From assembly GCF_004010195.1 (NCBI RefSeq), contig NC_057759.1, positions 6,450,368 to 6,514,367 of the forward strand: a stretch of DNA of 64,000 nt. Reading direction: 5' to 3'. Shown piece after piece: positions 61,670 through 64,000 of the stretch (position 1 is the stretch's first letter; each line of letters begins with the position of its first letter). The translations under genes and the position numbers were made by a program. The notes beneath the pieces are model-generated. The model had not been told where the DNA came from. It worked only from the letters and a program-made list of their open reading frames with translations, and did not search any database. Source of the DNA: Chiloscyllium plagiosum. Taxonomy: Eukaryota.

Positions 61670-63850
61670 CTTTGTGAGTGTGTGAGGTCTTGTATTTTGG
61701 AAAGACAAATCAAGGTAGGAGTTTCATGTTGAATCATAAAGCCTTAAGGAGTGTAGTGGAACAAAGGGAACTTGGAGTTCAAGTTCACAGTTCTGTCAAA
61801 GTGGAGTAATAGGAAGTTGGAAGGATTGAAAAAGGCAAGTTATCATTTAAATAGGAGAGAAAGTTCAAAATGTCAGTGCAAAGGCGACAGCAGGTCACAA
61901 GGAAGACATTTATTGTGAAAGGAATTGAGTACGCAAGTACATAATTGTTGCTGCACCGGTTTCCACATCCGGTGTACTGCGGACAATTTTGGTCCCTTTC
62001 CTTGAGGATGGATGTAGTTGAGTTGGAGGGAGTTCAAAGCAGATCACTGAATTGATTCCAAGATGAAAAGTTTAGCCTTCTGAGAAGAGTCTGGTACAAT
62101 TTTGATCTCTTGAGGACAGAGGCAGTTCAGAAGAGATTCACCCATCATTTTCAGCGATGAAAGGTTTGCCTGAGATGAGAGATTGAGCGGTTTCTCTGGA
62201 GTTTAGAAGAGAGGAAAACTAACTGAGGGCTATAAGATGCTAAAGGGGGTATTGACAAAGGAGATGAAGAGAGGATGTTTGCTCTTGTGGGAGAATCTAG
62301 AACGAGGGGTTATTGGTTCAGGATAAGGAGCTGGGTAGATTGAAAACAGAGATAAGGAGGAATGAACTATCTCAAATGAGGAAGGGACACATAAATCTGT
62401 GGGATCACCCCCCCCACCACCCAGGACACTGCATAAATTGGAGGAGGAGACAGACAGATTGTTAATCAGTGATGGGTCAAAGGGAGTGTTTCCAGGAAAG
62501 TGGAGTTGAGGCTGAGATGGGGTAGCGGAGCAGGTTCCTGACGGGTTAAATGGACTCAACCTGATCCGAGACTGTATGTTCTTGTGGAGTTATATTGTTA
62601 TTAGCAAAACAACTAGGATGGAGAAAATGAAGTTTGATTTAACAAAATAGGTTTTAATTCATGAACATTCAAAAATAAAGACAAAATTGATTCAACACAA
62701 ATTTAGCGAATGACGGTTGAAAAAAACAGAAAGACAATACATTTAGGGGGGTAAAATAACTAAAGCAGGTTCAGGAGCAGAGGGAGCCTGGGGGTATATG
62801 TTCACAGATCAGTGAAGGCGGCATAACAGGAGGAGAGCAGTTAATAAAACACACAGCATCCTTGGCTTTATTAATAGGGGCAGAGACCAAGAACAAGGAG
62901 GTGATGTTGAAGTTGTAGAAGACACTGGTGGACCTCAGCTGGAGTGTCAGAGAGAGAGAGAGCGAGAGGAGAGAGTGATGACTGATAGGTGGTCGTTTAA
63001 TCTGAGGGTTACCATGCCTCACACAAGGAGAAGAGATGGAGAGTCCTTCATGGTAACCTCAGCAGTGAGAGATTCAAACCCACGCTGTCAATCTTTCTCC
63101 ACATTTCAAACCAGCCATCCAGCCAAATGAGCTAACCCAACACCCAACAAAAGCAGAGGGCAGAAAAGAAATTAACTCCGGTGACAGCACAAATATTGGA
63201 GAATAGTAGATTATATTGGACATAAATCTTTGATCTGTTGGGTATTTCTTTGTAAGTGTATAACACCTTACCGTCACCGGCAACAAAAGCTGAATTTAGA
63301 AATACGTTTGACAAAGGGAGTTAGCACTCCATTACCCAGGCTGGTTTTGTTCTGTTCTGGACACCTTATTTAAGGACGACTGTTCAGATCCTTCAGACGG
63401 TGTGAAGAAGATGTATGGGAATTATACCAACGATGAGGGATTTAGATACAGGGAAAGGTTCAGGAGATTGAGCTTATTCTCTTTCGAGCAGAGAAGATGA
63501 AGTGGTGACCTTATTGAAGTGTTGAAAATTTGAACAATTCTGACGGGAAAGCAAGTTATTGTTTCCCATTCATTGGTTTATTAGTAACTGGCTCGAAAGA
63601 TTTTCAAGATTGTCAGTGAGAGAGTGAGATGAGGAGAAACTTATTGGGTTGTTGGGTTTGGAATGTGCTGCTTGGGAGGCAGATTCCATAGGAGGTTCGA
63701 AAAGAGAGCTGGATATAAATTTGAAAGGGATGATGTTAGAGGGCTACAGGGATAGGGCTGGAGAGTGGGACTAGCTGGGTAGCTCTTTCAGGAGCTGGTA
63801 CAGACAAGAGTAGCCTCCTTCTGTACAGTAAAAGTTTATGATTCTATGAA
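61670..63850 (+). mobile_element. Patchwork of old CR1/L2-type fragments and a SINE-like repeat (~62975-63135, related to ~1635-1775)
   Basis: Degenerate RT C-terminal motifs; shared ggtttaacctgagggtcacca-like segment. Confidence 0.55.
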
Positions 63851-64000
63851 CATAAAAGTTCTGAACCAGATTCTGGACAATCCCAGGAGGTCATTCCTTG
63901 GGACCTTGGCTCAGTGATCTTGTTGCCAGGGATTTGTGCATGCGAACAGCAGCAAATTGCTGTCACAAGTGGGATTGGAACTTGGTTGGGTAATGGTCTG

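Overview
Eukaryotic, repeat-dense DNA from a cartilaginous fish, inferred from HE1-type SINEs, shark-type CR1 and Penelope repeats, and shark-style H2B/H1 N-termini. There are two assembly gaps (4648-5497, 30151-30650). The core is a decaying replication-dependent histone cluster. H2A is intact but divergent (17585-17977, -). H3 survives only as its 3' half, between 685-bp inverted repeats. H2B has lost its start to a poly(A) retroelement tail. H1 has an ATG>AGG start loss and a tandemly duplicated 3' end, and two orphan or relic histone 3' processing signals remain. Other content includes a degenerate C2H2 zinc-finger exon with a probable CpG-rich first exon 20 kb upstream, two tandem copies of an ITIM/tyrosine-motif terminal-exon candidate, and Penelope-like fragments with minimal hammerhead ribozyme cores. 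A fixed-spacing E2F/CHR-like module recurs through the histone spacers. A ~48-bp dispersed satellite, two solo LTRs, many CR1 fragments and an old inverted segmental paralogy flanking the cluster are also present. Repeat boundaries were read by eye and are approximate.
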